From: Acidobacteriota bacterium
GTDB lineage: Bacteria > Acidobacteriota > Blastocatellia > RBC074
Reading direction: 5' to 3'
NCBI GenBank assembly: GCA_022614735.1
Contig: JAKEHZ010000041.1
Span: forward strand, 1-53,884
DNA: 53,884 nt
Shown: positions 36,061 to 45,635 of the stretch, in pieces
Layout of the letters: each line of letters begins with the position of its first letter
Position numbering within the stretch: the stretch's first letter is position 1
Notes under the pieces: model-generated
What the model was told of the DNA's origin: nothing
What the model saw: the letters and a program-made list of their open reading frames with translations, nothing else
Databases searched by the model: none
Made by a program: the position numbers and the translations under genes

Positions 36061-38304
36061 TCATTCGCTCGTGAGTGGGATGCGCACACATAACTCAGTT
36101 CCAACGCCGGGCTGAGATTTCAGATCAAAGCTACCGTGCAGCAGCTTGACTCGTTCTTCGAGGCTGACCAACCCCAGACCTCGTCGTGAGCTCGGCTGTT
36201 CCGGATCAAATCCGATGCCCTGGTCGGCGATGCGAAGTTCGATGGCCGCGTTATTGCAGGAGATTGTCACTTCAGCGCTCTTTGCGCCCGAGTGCTTGGC
36301 AATATTGCGAAGTGATTCCTGGGCCACTCGGTAGAGACACAGCGCTACTTCTATAGGGAGATGTCTCACGCTACCTTGAATATCAAGGGCAATCGCGATG
36401 CCTTCCTGGTCGGAAAATTCCGAACAGAATAATTTCAATGCTTCCGGCAAACCCAAGTGCTCAAGTGTGGAAGAATGCAGCTCGTGAGACATCCGGCGAA
36501 CCCTTTCAGACAATTGCGCTATTCGATCCTCAGGCTTCGTAATCTGATTGCGGATAGGTTTGTCGGCACTTGTCAGCTGTCGATTAAGCTTGCCCAGGCC
36601 AATAGCGATAGATGCCACCTGTTGATTCAGATCGTCGTGAAGTTCACGGGCAATATATTTGCGTTCATCTTCCTGTGCGACGATCAACCTGCCGGCCAGG
36701 TATTCAATTCGCTGATAGCTTTCGCGCAGTGCCTCCTCACTCTCTTGCAGTGCCTCTTCGGCCCTTTTGCGCTCGGTGATGTCGACGTTGACCCCAACCA
36801 TGCTTAATGGTTCGCCGTCCTGGTAAGAAATGATTTTGCCCCGAACATGCAGCCAATGGACGCTCTCGTCCGGCCAAATCACGCGCCATTCCGCATCAAC
36901 CTCTCCACTCGCCTTCGCACGCTCGATGGCGGCTTCTGCTGCCTCATAGTCTTCGGGATGGATACGTTCTAACAGGTTTTCTGTTGCCCCATCTGAATCG
37001 TTGTGCTCGAGACCGTAAAGAGGCTTCATCTTCTCAGACCAGAGGATGACGTTGTTCTGGATGTCCCAATCAAAGGTGCCGACCTGCCCGGCCTCTTGAG
37101 CCAGTGTGAGACGTTCTTGATTCGCAGACAACATGTCTTCGATCCGTCTACGCCTTATCCGCTGAATCAACAGCCCCCCAATCAAGAATGCTTCAACGAC
37201 ACATAACGAGAGCATGGCAATGGCGCCTATGATGAGCCACTTATACTGTTGCCAGAGACCCGGCTCCTTGAAGCGGACGACGAATTTGGATGGCAACCGG
37301 TCCTCACTGATTCCCCAGTGCCGCAGCTGGCGCCAGTCGAATGTCGGGACGACCACGGCTTTCTCCACCGGGATGTCTTGGGGACGAGTGCCGTTCGCGA
37401 CTCGTAGCGCCAGATCCGCCATCTGAGCTCCAAGTGCCCGATGGCTGAAAACATAACCGCCGACAACCCCGTAACCAAGATAACCTTCGGCGATGCCGTA
37501 GATTGGGGCGTTTGCTGACCGTGCGATCAGGTCGAGGGCATTTCGCGGGCCCAAACTCTTGCCGGGTTCATCATAAGAGTATCGGACGTAGAGAATGATG
37601 GATCGCTCAGGCGCACTCTTAACCTTTGCTATCAATTCGTCCAGCGGAAGATTGGTAAGGTAATTGAGCGATAACCTGCTTTCAAACTCTTTCAGCTCCT
37701 CCCGTACAATTGACTCGAGGGTTGTGTCGCGGTTCTCCATTCCAGTGATGATGAATGCTTGCTCTGTTGACGGATGTAAGCTGAGTGCCAAATTGATCGT
37801 GTTTCTATAAGAGTTAGCAGCCACGATTCCGGTGAGTCCCGGCCCCACGGGCTGGTTGCCCAACTCGGGGATCTTACGCGCGAAGAAAACGATCGGGTAA
37901 TTGGGGAAGAGGTCGTTGCGATATTTGAGCAGGAAGGTCAGCGCTATATCCGTCTCGGCAATTACCACATCAATTCTGCCGTCCGCGTACTTCCGGCGCA
38001 GATAGTCGCGCATAAGCAGAGTTTGTCCTTCACCCGGGAAACGGTTGGGTTCTAAATATTCGGCATAATATTCAACGGCCCCAGCTGGGTATGATTGTAG
38101 AGCGGCAAGAAAGCTTTGTTCGAATTCGACATTGGCCGGGTAGTCTTTCCCCCCATAGTAGAGGACCAACACTCCCTTGGGCTTTGGTGCTGATGCGGCG
38201 CGCGTAAAAATGGGCAACAGAAGCAAAATCAAGCAGGCAAGCAATGCCAGCCTACCGGTGAATATTAACCTGCAATGCTTCGCTGCATTTCTTCGGGGCC
38301 GCAT
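36061..38304 (-). CDS. Sensor histidine kinase (periplasmic substrate-binding-like domain, TM, PAS, HisKA_3, HATPase)
   Basis: H-box ARELHDDLNQ, C-terminal GLGLVSLEERV...GTEL ATPase motifs, PAS-like WRVIWPDESVHWLHVRG. ATG 38304 chosen. No adjacent response regulator. Confidence 0.85.
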   Translation of the reverse strand: MRPRRNAAKHCRLIFTGRLALLACLILLLLPIFTRAASAPKPKGVLVLYYGGKDYPANVEFEQSFLAALQSYPAGAVEYYAEYLEPNRFPGEGQTLLMRDYLRRKYADGRIDVVIAETDIALTFLLKYRNDLFPNYPIVFFARKIPELGNQPVGPGLTGIVAANSYRNTINLALSLHPSTEQAFIITGMENRDTTLESIVREELKEFESRLSLNYLTNLPLDELIAKVKSAPERSIILYVRYSYDEPGKSLGPRNALDLIARSANAPIYGIAEGYLGYGVVGGYVFSHRALGAQMADLALRVANGTRPQDIPVEKAVVVPTFDWRQLRHWGISEDRLPSKFVVRFKEPGLWQQYKWLIIGAIAMLSLCVVEAFLIGGLLIQRIRRRRIEDMLSANQERLTLAQEAGQVGTFDWDIQNNVILWSEKMKPLYGLEHNDSDGATENLLERIHPEDYEAAEAAIERAKASGEVDAEWRVIWPDESVHWLHVRGKIISYQDGEPLSMVGVNVDITERKRAEEALQESEEALRESYQRIEYLAGRLIVAQEDERKYIARELHDDLNQQVASIAIGLGKLNRQLTSADKPIRNQITKPEDRIAQLSERVRRMSHELHSSTLEHLGLPEALKLFCSEFSDQEGIAIALDIQGSVRHLPIEVALCLYRVAQESLRNIAKHSGAKSAEVTISCNNAAIELRIADQGIGFDPEQPSSRRGLGLVSLEERVKLLHGSFDLKSQPGVGTELCVRIPLTSE

Positions 38305-38332
38305 GTTTAGACTCTCTGCAAATGTACCCTTT

Positions 38333-38427
38333 GGTGCGCCCGCGTCCTCGCGGGCAGGTTGCGGAAAGACGCATTTCCAAGGAAAAGGGCTACTTGTCAA
38401 GCCTGCCCGCGAGGGCGCGGGCGCACC
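38333..38427. repeat. Family C element, copy 1: two inverted 26-bp GC-rich arms, each self-palindromic, around a 43-nt spacer
   Basis: GGTGCGCCCGCGTCCTCGCGGGCAGG (38333-38358) pairs with CCTGCCCGCGAGGGCGCGGGCGCACC (38402-38427) with 1 mismatch. Each arm contains GCCCGCG-NNNN-CGCGGGC. It lies 7 nt 3' of the TonB receptor stop. Confidence 0.9.
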
Positions 38428-38434
38428 GTTTCTG

Positions 38435-41400
38435 CTAAAAGTTGAATTTCAGAGCGAACTGCAACTGCCGCGACGAGCCGGAATCGCCAGTCGGAAAGCG
38501 CGTATTGGTGATACGGCCAAAAGTCGCGCTGCCGACGACATTGCCCGGCTGGCCGAAGTTCGCATGGTTCAATATGTCGAAGATCTCAGCCCGAAACTGC
38601 ACACGCATCCTATCGCCGAGCTTCGTAGTCTTAGTCACCGAAAAATCAATGGTCTCAAAGTGCGGTCCGATGACGACGTTGCGGCCCAAAGTGCCGGAGC
38701 GGGCGACGGGCGCAAACACCGAAGTATCGAACCAGCGGTCGACACTGCCGATGATCTCGATCGGACCTGTCACGTCGGGCCGCAGCGTGTTGGCCACGCC
38801 GTTGATCGTGCTATTGCTGGTGACGATGTTGACCGGGTTGCCGCTCTGCAACTGCACGATCATACCGAGCTGCCAACCCTCGACCATCCGTGTGCCGCGG
38901 AAGGGCAGTTCATAAATCCCGCTGACGACTAAGCGGTGACGCGCGTCAAAGTCCGAGAGTCCTCGGTCACCACGCAGATCGTAGCTATTCTGCACGACAA
39001 TGCCCTGCGTGCTGAGTGAGTTGTAATCTATCGACTTCGACCACGTATAAGAGGCATTGAACTGCAGGCCATGCGCGATGCGGTGGTTGGCCGAAATCCA
39101 GAGCGCCTGGTAACTTGAATTGCCCGTGCTCTCCATCTGCGTGATGTTGCCGAGCAGCGCGCCGGGCAGGATCGGGCTGGAGAGCGATAGCGCGGGGAAG
39201 GGGCGCGCGCCGCCCGCCGGCTGGTTAATATTGCGCGCGAGGATCAGATGTGTGCCCTTCGACCCGAAGTAGCCGAGCATTACGACCAAACTAGTCGTTA
39301 GCTTGCGCTGCACGTTCAGATTCCACGATTGCATGTATGCGTTGTCGAAGACGTAATCTACTGTCTGGGGCGCGAGTCCCGCGGCCTGGGCCAGGTTGAT
39401 TGCATTATCCAGCCGAATCGTGCCGGTGAATGTAAGCGGGGTCGCGATTGGGGGATTCGCGCTCGTATTCCTGACCACGCTGGTAATGGGTTGGTCGACG
39501 AGAATCGCAAAGGCGCCGCGCACCGAGGTCCAGCCGTCCTTGAACGGATCCCACGCGAAGCCGACGCGCGGTTGAAAGGTCCCGTTATTCTGCTGGTATA
39601 TTCGGTCGATGTCCTTGCCCGCGCGAAGCAGCGATGCTGTCTGCGGGTCATAGACGATGAAGCGGTCGTAGCGCTCGGTCGGCGTCATGTTCAACTCGTA
39701 ACGCAGCCCGAGCTCGAATGTCAGGTTCGGCCGCCACTTATAGTTATCCTGGATGAAAAGGCCGAGTGCGTCCTGCGAGATGGTGCTTGCCTGGTTGCCG
39801 AGAGTAACACTGAATGAATTCGCCATGCCTGCCAGGAAAGCCGCGACGTTGGGGAAGTTGAATGTGCCCGGTGTGAGCCTGAAGTTATTGTTCAAGTAGT
39901 GGCGGAACTCGCCGCCAATCTTTAAATAGTGGTTACCACTCAGGAGGCTTGCTGTGTCGGAGACGACTAAGGTCGTATCACCGCGCCCTTGTGGGAAGTT
40001 CACGGGCCCGCCGAAGTTGAGACCACCAGCGATGTTGAACTGTGGCAGCCCTACCGGCTCATTTATGCCGTTTTTGATGCCGAAATCAGCGGGGTTGAGC
40101 TGCGTCTTCGGCAGGCTGGTGAAGTAGATTCGGTTGATGCCGAAGCGGGCCTCGTTGACGAGGTTTGGACCGAAGGTGTGCGTCTCGTTGAGCGTGAAAA
40201 TCTGACGTTGCCCCCTGCGAGCGATACCGAAGTGGGGGACGGTGTTGCCAAATCGAGTGGGTTCTTCAGCATAGTCGCGCTGAATCGCATAGTAGCCGTG
40301 CACGGAGTCGTTCGACCCGAGGTTGTGGTTGATATCGAGGGTCCACTGGTCGATCACAATAGGCGCGCTGGCCGCGCCTATGAAACGCGGTGTGCCCCGT
40401 TCATCGATAAAGTTTGCCGAAGGTATCAGTTCGATCAGCTTCACTATCAGGGGGTTGGTCACGGATGCGCGCTGCGAATCACTGAGGACCAAACTGTTGA
40501 GGTCGAGCCCCTGTCGCTGGCGCAGACCCTCGTAAGAGACAAAGAAAAAGGTCTTATTCTTAACGATCGGGCCGCTCAAATGGCCACCGAACTGATTGCG
40601 CTTAAAGGACGGCGGCTCGCTTGATGTGAAATTGAAGAAATTGCGCGCGTCGAACACGTCGTTGCGGAGAAATTCGAATAGCTCGCCGTGGAAATCGTTG
40701 GCGCCTGAGCGCGTCGCGATGTTGACGATTGCGCCCGAGTTGTGGCCGTATTCAGCGCTGAAGGTCGAATTGTTGACCTTGAATTCCTGGACTGTGCTGA
40801 GCGAAGGCTGGAAAGAAGTTGAGCTTAACGTCAGGCTGTTAAGAGTGATGCCGTTGATCATGAAGTTGACCGTGTCTTCCCGGTTGCCGGCGGTGTTGAA
40901 TGTGAGCACACCCAGGCCGCGCACGGGTGCGGTCGAGAACCCATTTTGTGGGGGCGTCACCGACCCGGGGATGAGCAGGCCAAGTTCCATGAATTGGCGC
41001 CCGTTGAGCGGGATCTCCTGCACTGTGCGCCCGTCGATTACCTGACCAACAGAAGTCGTCCCCCTTTCGATCTGAGAGCCATCCGCGGTCACGATCACCT
41101 CCTGAGAGATTTCGCCGACTCTGAGGTGAAAATCCTGCACGAAAATCCGCCCGACCTCGATACCCAAATTCTCGACGACCTGCGCTTGAAACCCCAGATA
41201 CTGGACTCTTACACGGTAAGTGCCGACGGAGAGGGATGCGATCTGGTAGTTGCCTTCTCGGTCGGTCCGTGCAACCCGTGTTACTGCGGTCGCGTGATTG
41301 AGCGCCATTACTTCAGCACTGGGCACGGCCGAGCCTGCCGGATCAACGACTCTCCCCTGCAGGGTGGCAGTGGATTGGGCGTTAGCAGGCGCGCAAAGAG

Positions 41401-41473
41401 CGAGGAGAAAGACTGCCCTCGATGGCATCACAAAAAACCTGCGAATCGACGTGTTTGTGCGCGTTGAATTCAT
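38435..41473 (-). CDS. TonB-dependent receptor with carboxypeptidase-regulatory-like domain (second copy of this architecture)
   Basis: GRVVDPAGSAVPSAEV CarbopepD_reg motif, plug, C-terminal QLQFALKFNF. The start is uncertain (ATG 41473 or 41428). Confidence 0.85.
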   Translation of the reverse strand: MNSTRTNTSIRRFFVMPSRAVFLLALCAPANAQSTATLQGRVVDPAGSAVPSAEVMALNHATAVTRVARTDREGNYQIASLSVGTYRVRVQYLGFQAQVVENLGIEVGRIFVQDFHLRVGEISQEVIVTADGSQIERGTTSVGQVIDGRTVQEIPLNGRQFMELGLLIPGSVTPPQNGFSTAPVRGLGVLTFNTAGNREDTVNFMINGITLNSLTLSSTSFQPSLSTVQEFKVNNSTFSAEYGHNSGAIVNIATRSGANDFHGELFEFLRNDVFDARNFFNFTSSEPPSFKRNQFGGHLSGPIVKNKTFFFVSYEGLRQRQGLDLNSLVLSDSQRASVTNPLIVKLIELIPSANFIDERGTPRFIGAASAPIVIDQWTLDINHNLGSNDSVHGYYAIQRDYAEEPTRFGNTVPHFGIARRGQRQIFTLNETHTFGPNLVNEARFGINRIYFTSLPKTQLNPADFGIKNGINEPVGLPQFNIAGGLNFGGPVNFPQGRGDTTLVVSDTASLLSGNHYLKIGGEFRHYLNNNFRLTPGTFNFPNVAAFLAGMANSFSVTLGNQASTISQDALGLFIQDNYKWRPNLTFELGLRYELNMTPTERYDRFIVYDPQTASLLRAGKDIDRIYQQNNGTFQPRVGFAWDPFKDGWTSVRGAFAILVDQPITSVVRNTSANPPIATPLTFTGTIRLDNAINLAQAAGLAPQTVDYVFDNAYMQSWNLNVQRKLTTSLVVMLGYFGSKGTHLILARNINQPAGGARPFPALSLSSPILPGALLGNITQMESTGNSSYQALWISANHRIAHGLQFNASYTWSKSIDYNSLSTQGIVVQNSYDLRGDRGLSDFDARHRLVVSGIYELPFRGTRMVEGWQLGMIVQLQSGNPVNIVTSNSTINGVANTLRPDVTGPIEIIGSVDRWFDTSVFAPVARSGTLGRNVVIGPHFETIDFSVTKTTKLGDRMRVQFRAEIFDILNHANFGQPGNVVGSATFGRITNTRFPTGDSGSSRQLQFALKFNF

Positions 41474-41609
41474 CTGCCGCAAATGAAAGATTTGAAAACC
41501 GCTAAACTGCCTTCCGCAGACAGACAAAGAGATCTAGTCGTAGCCGACTGTGTTGGGAATCTGGGAGGATTTATATTGTACTAGAGACGTTATATTAGTT
41601 TCAATAAAT

Positions 41610-42695
41610 TTAAGGAGCCTGTTGGATCTTGCCTCCTTTTGCTGAGTGCATGAGCTTGACTAGCTCTTCGGTGATTTTCGGCTCAAGCCCTTCGGTATGC
41701 CCCTTATCGATGCGGACGACGTCGGCAACGACCCTGCCATCCTTGCAGTCCGGATAGACGTAGACCTGAGCCTTGCCAGGCGCCGGCGGGAGTCCCCAGG
41801 CCGGGTTGGGCGGATTCTGGCGCGTACTGTCATAGACGTAGCCGGCCTTGGTGTCCACAACCTCCTCCGGCTTGCGCCTCGGGCCGCAGGAGTATTTTGC
41901 GGCCCAGGTCGAAGTTTCAGGCACGCCTTTGTCATCTATTTCGCGTTGCCCGGTTGCGTAGATGAACGAGAAATCGGCGGCCGGAGGCTCGCGCAAGGCC
42001 GCCGCCGCCGCCGCTATAGCACTGCCGGGGGTTCCCGCACTGCTACCGCCCACGGGTGTGCCCGTCGTGGCAGTGCTGGCAGGACGGACGCCGAAACTCG
42101 CGGCACGGCCGGGGTTCCCACCCAGGCGGCCACCGGACAGGCTGAGCCAACCGTCGACTTTGTTCTTAAAGAAATCCGTACGTACGAGCCGGTTGGAGGT
42201 CAGGCCACCCTGAGAGTGTCCGACGAGCCAGAAAGCTTTTAAGTTCTCCTTCCCGAGCTGACCGACGATGGAATCAACGATGTTCTGCAGGTACACGTCG
42301 TCTGCCTCAGACCATAATCTGATTGGGGAGCTAGGAGTGGCAACCACTAGGCGGTATTTGTCAACGTAGTCCAGGATCGGAAAATAGTGGCGCTGCCAGT
42401 TTGCGTACGAACCTCCACCGTGAAGACTGAGGATGAAGGTGACCTTCTCGCCGGACTTCAAATCGCACGGATAATCGAGGAAATATGTTCGGCGGGTCTT
42501 CATCTCAACTACAGGTCCGGGGTTTATCACCCTGTCTCCCGGACAATCCTTGTCGGGACAGTGCAGGAAAGATGGTCTGGTACAGGCTGCACCTGCGATC
42601 CGGACGGGTTGTTCTTGGGCCATAACAGATCCCTGGAATGCTAGCAGAGCGCCGAAGAGGGCCAGCAGTCTGAAGAGGTAGAGAGACACTTTCAT
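41610..42695 (-). CDS. Secreted alpha/beta hydrolase (esterase / PHB-depolymerase-like)
   Basis: Signal peptide, HGGG oxyanion-type motif, GHSQGG nucleophile elbow. Confidence 0.7.
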   Translation of the reverse strand: MKVSLYLFRLLALFGALLAFQGSVMAQEQPVRIAGAACTRPSFLHCPDKDCPGDRVINPGPVVEMKTRRTYFLDYPCDLKSGEKVTFILSLHGGGSYANWQRHYFPILDYVDKYRLVVATPSSPIRLWSEADDVYLQNIVDSIVGQLGKENLKAFWLVGHSQGGLTSNRLVRTDFFKNKVDGWLSLSGGRLGGNPGRAASFGVRPASTATTGTPVGGSSAGTPGSAIAAAAAALREPPAADFSFIYATGQREIDDKGVPETSTWAAKYSCGPRRKPEEVVDTKAGYVYDSTRQNPPNPAWGLPPAPGKAQVYVYPDCKDGRVVADVVRIDKGHTEGLEPKITEELVKLMHSAKGGKIQQAP

Positions 42696-42793
42696 TTAGA
42701 TTCCTCCTACAACCTGGAGATAAAGATAATAATGGTCAGTGAAATAATTTATACCTACCGGTCGGTAAGTCTATACCGTCTGCAAAAAATAGG

Positions 42794-43261
42794 TCAAGAC
42801 GAGTGAAGAGGGTCAATCCAAAACACTTCTTCCGGGTCCTCTACGGGCTCAATATCTAAATTGACGACGACTGGCTCCTGACCGCTTCGCACAAGAACGC
42901 AGCTCAGAATCTCGTCTCGACTGGCATTGATCTCCTGATGAGGAACGAAGGGCGGGACATAGATAAAGTCGCCAGGTCCTGCTTCAGCAGTGAACTCGAG
43001 ATTTTCACCCCAACGCATGCGCGCACGACCGCTCACCACGAATATCACGCTTTCCAATTCACCGTGATGGTGTGCGCCGGTTTTTGCGTTGGGTTCGATG
43101 GTGACTGTGCCCGCCCATAATTTGCTGGCGCCCGTCCTCGCATTGGTAATTGCAGCCGCACGCAGCATACCGGGTGTTTGCGCGGTCTGCAGATCAAGCT
43201 GGCTACCCGGGATCACTTTGACTCCGTGATCATGCCAGTGAGATGTCGACTCCGTATTCAT
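42794..43261 (-). CDS. Cupin domain protein
   Basis: GAHHHGELES ... GDFIYVPPFVPHQE cupin motifs. Confidence 0.8.
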   Translation of the reverse strand: MNTESTSHWHDHGVKVIPGSQLDLQTAQTPGMLRAAAITNARTGASKLWAGTVTIEPNAKTGAHHHGELESVIFVVSGRARMRWGENLEFTAEAGPGDFIYVPPFVPHQEINASRDEILSCVLVRSGQEPVVVNLDIEPVEDPEEVFWIDPLHSS

Positions 43262-43271
43262 TGTCGAGCCT

Positions 43272-44057
43272 TTACTTTATCTTCCCCGATGCCCACTTGA
43301 TCGCATTAACAATCATCGTTTGGTATCTCTGATCACGCCAGACTTCAGGACGATGACCGAGCGCTGTGTAGAAGACGCGGCCTTTGCCATAGTTGCGATA
43401 CCAGGTCAGCGGGAACTCAGCCGCCTTGACCCCCTTCTTAGTCATGTCCGTTTTGGACTTATCGAGGCTCATTGTTACCGTCACTTTGTCTTTGTTGAAT
43501 TCTTTATACTGATAGATCTCTTCCGTGAGGGTGAATGAGTCTTCCCAGTGACCCGAGATCGGGTTTTTTCGATCGAGGTTGGTTATAGTCACGGTGTCAT
43601 TTTGAGTCCAGGGATGGCCGTCGAAATATCCGCCGATCATCTCGCCATATTCAGGCCATTTGTAGAAAGTGTCGGTCGCGCTATGGATGCCGACGAAGCC
43701 CTTTCCGGATTTGACAAAATCGAGGAACGCTTTTTTCTGTTGCTCGCTGAGCGGTAACTCGCCTGTTGTGTAGAACACAATTACATCTATATTCTTCAGG
43801 CCCTCTGGAGTCAGGTACTTCTCAGCCTTGTGAGTAAGGGTCACATCGAACCCATTTGTCGCTCCCAGCTCTTCCATAAAATCTTCAGACTCGTGCAACG
43901 ATGCGTGGCGAAAGCCTTTGGATTGCGTGACATAAAGAACGCTAAAATCGCCTTTGGCAGCAATAGCGTGCTTCATCAGATGCGCACCGAAACCGATGAT
44001 GATTGCCAGTGCACACAAAACTGCAAAGTTGAATCTTCGATTGTTGGGCATAGTCAC
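43272..44057 (-). CDS. ThuA domain protein (trehalose-utilisation-like, class I glutamine amidotransferase fold)
   Basis: [29 protein letters not shown] motifs. Signal/anchor at the N-terminus. The start may be ATG 44051. Confidence 0.82.
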   Translation of the reverse strand: MTMPNNRRFNFAVLCALAIIIGFGAHLMKHAIAAKGDFSVLYVTQSKGFRHASLHESEDFMEELGATNGFDVTLTHKAEKYLTPEGLKNIDVIVFYTTGELPLSEQQKKAFLDFVKSGKGFVGIHSATDTFYKWPEYGEMIGGYFDGHPWTQNDTVTITNLDRKNPISGHWEDSFTLTEEIYQYKEFNKDKVTVTMSLDKSKTDMTKKGVKAAEFPLTWYRNYGKGRVFYTALGHRPEVWRDQRYQTMIVNAIKWASGKIK

Positions 44058-44105
44058 CTCGTTTACTAGAGGAGGGAATACGAGACAAGCAGTTTTCTGT
44101 TTTCA

Positions 44106-44248
44106 GTTTTCAGTTGTAACTACTCAGCCGGTGGTGCAGTACGGGGAGCGTCAGCGACCTGAGCCTCGATAAAATGGCCTCTTGCCGAGGTGCAGGTCGC
44201 TGACGCTCCCCGTACTGCACCACCGGCTGAGTAGTTACAACTGAAAAC
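44106..44248. repeat. Locus-specific perfect hairpin: 56-bp arms, 31-nt loop; the left flank carries extra CAGTTTT heptamers
   Basis: 44106-44161 is the exact reverse complement of 44193-44248. It ends 3 nt before the isomerase stop codon (44252-44254). The loop has its own CCTCG/CGAGG stem. Confidence 0.93.
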
Positions 44249-44251
44249 CAG

Positions 44252-45493
44252 TTACGACCGATAAACCTGCCTTCCGAAGCCTTGCACCGGAATGCCCTGC
44301 GATGCGAGCACTTCATCTTGCAGGGCGAACATGCAAGCCGCCGCTTCGTCGATCTTGCGCGTAAATGCGATTGAGCCCTGCAAGATCGGTTTGAGCTTCT
44401 CTTTGTCCTGAATACGGGCTTTCGGATATTCGTGCTCGACGATCAGGAATGTGTTTTCGATATCGAGTTTTAACAGCTCGCGCGCGGCCAGCTGATGATC
44501 GAGCCAATCCACCGTGCGATTTTGCAGGTAAGCCAACGGATCGTGTTTGGCAGTGCCCGGCAGTTCGTGTTCGCACAGGACGACCTGCTTCTTCCAGGCA
44601 TTCAGGTGGTCCGAAGCATTCGGCGATGGTTCGCCGTTGATCATATCGCCACGCTGGATCGTCTGACCTCCATAACCCCACCCGGCAACGCCCTTCGCAT
44701 CAATGACCTGGCCTTTGACGTGGAAACCGCCAATGAGGAAGTTGTAGCCCTCATCTTTAAGGTACTGGAAGATCGAACGTGTATCCTGGCCCATCAAGAT
44801 CGCGTGCGAAGGGTCATAATGAATTCTGAACTGGTCACCCACCCCGTGCTTCTCGCAGATCTTGTGTAATGCGATCCACACTCCAGGCGTATAGGCGATG
44901 TTATTGTGCCAGTTATCACCGGGCACCCATCCGGGCATGGGGCATTGTTCGTTGCGGAACTGCAAACCTCGCGATTTGGCCTCTTTGAGTAACGGAATGA
45001 AGCTCTCTTCGAAGTCAATCAGGTTTTGATCCATGTTCAATTTCTGATTGCGCCCGACAAATCCACAGACAGCTTCTGCGCCCAGTTCAACGGCGGCATC
45101 CATCGCTCGGATCATGAAATCACGCTTCTTTCGCCGCAAATCAGGATCGTGATGGAGCATGTTGTCGAAATAACCGACGTCTGATATTCCCATCTTGTAT
45201 TCTTCGAGACAGGCGCGCACACGCTTGGTGCGATCTTTTGTAAACGGCTGGCGCAGATCGAGCGTATTGGCGACCGGGTCGATCAGGGCTTCTGCAGGAA
45301 TATCAGCTTCGCTTGGATGGAGAGCGGCAGAGAGCTGTATGTAGTTAACCCCAAGCTCGTGGGCAAAAGCTGCCCACTCTTCAATTGCGAGATCGGGATC
45401 GGGATCGCGTTTCTCACGCGGCGTTAATTCCTGCAAGGCCGCAGTCAACACGCCGACCTTCATAAATTTCGGCTCGAATTGTTTGATGGACAT
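44252..45493 (-). CDS. Sugar phosphate isomerase/epimerase (xylose-isomerase-like TIM barrel)
   Basis: Long TIM-barrel-type ORF with AAGGAGG RBS. Family-level call only. Confidence 0.72.
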   Translation of the reverse strand: MSIKQFEPKFMKVGVLTAALQELTPREKRDPDPDLAIEEWAAFAHELGVNYIQLSAALHPSEADIPAEALIDPVANTLDLRQPFTKDRTKRVRACLEEYKMGISDVGYFDNMLHHDPDLRRKKRDFMIRAMDAAVELGAEAVCGFVGRNQKLNMDQNLIDFEESFIPLLKEAKSRGLQFRNEQCPMPGWVPGDNWHNNIAYTPGVWIALHKICEKHGVGDQFRIHYDPSHAILMGQDTRSIFQYLKDEGYNFLIGGFHVKGQVIDAKGVAGWGYGGQTIQRGDMINGEPSPNASDHLNAWKKQVVLCEHELPGTAKHDPLAYLQNRTVDWLDHQLAARELLKLDIENTFLIVEHEYPKARIQDKEKLKPILQGSIAFTRKIDEAAACMFALQDEVLASQGIPVQGFGRQVYRS

Positions 45494-45635
45494 AGTCGCT
45501 CGCCTCCTTTGGATAGTGGTATTGATTGGCGCGCAGTGTGCCTGACGTGTGCGGGAGTGTCAAGCTTTGGTTAAGATGTTATTTTACACGCGAGTTAATC
45601 GCAATAATTCACCGTTTGAATGGAGACCCGCTCGA

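Noticed and set aside
43954-44316. ORFs 43954-44172 (+) and 44110-44316 (-), which share FSVVTTQPVVQYGERQRP
   Set aside because: The shared peptide is an automatic consequence of translating both arms of a perfect palindrome. The ORFs overlap real genes and the hairpin.
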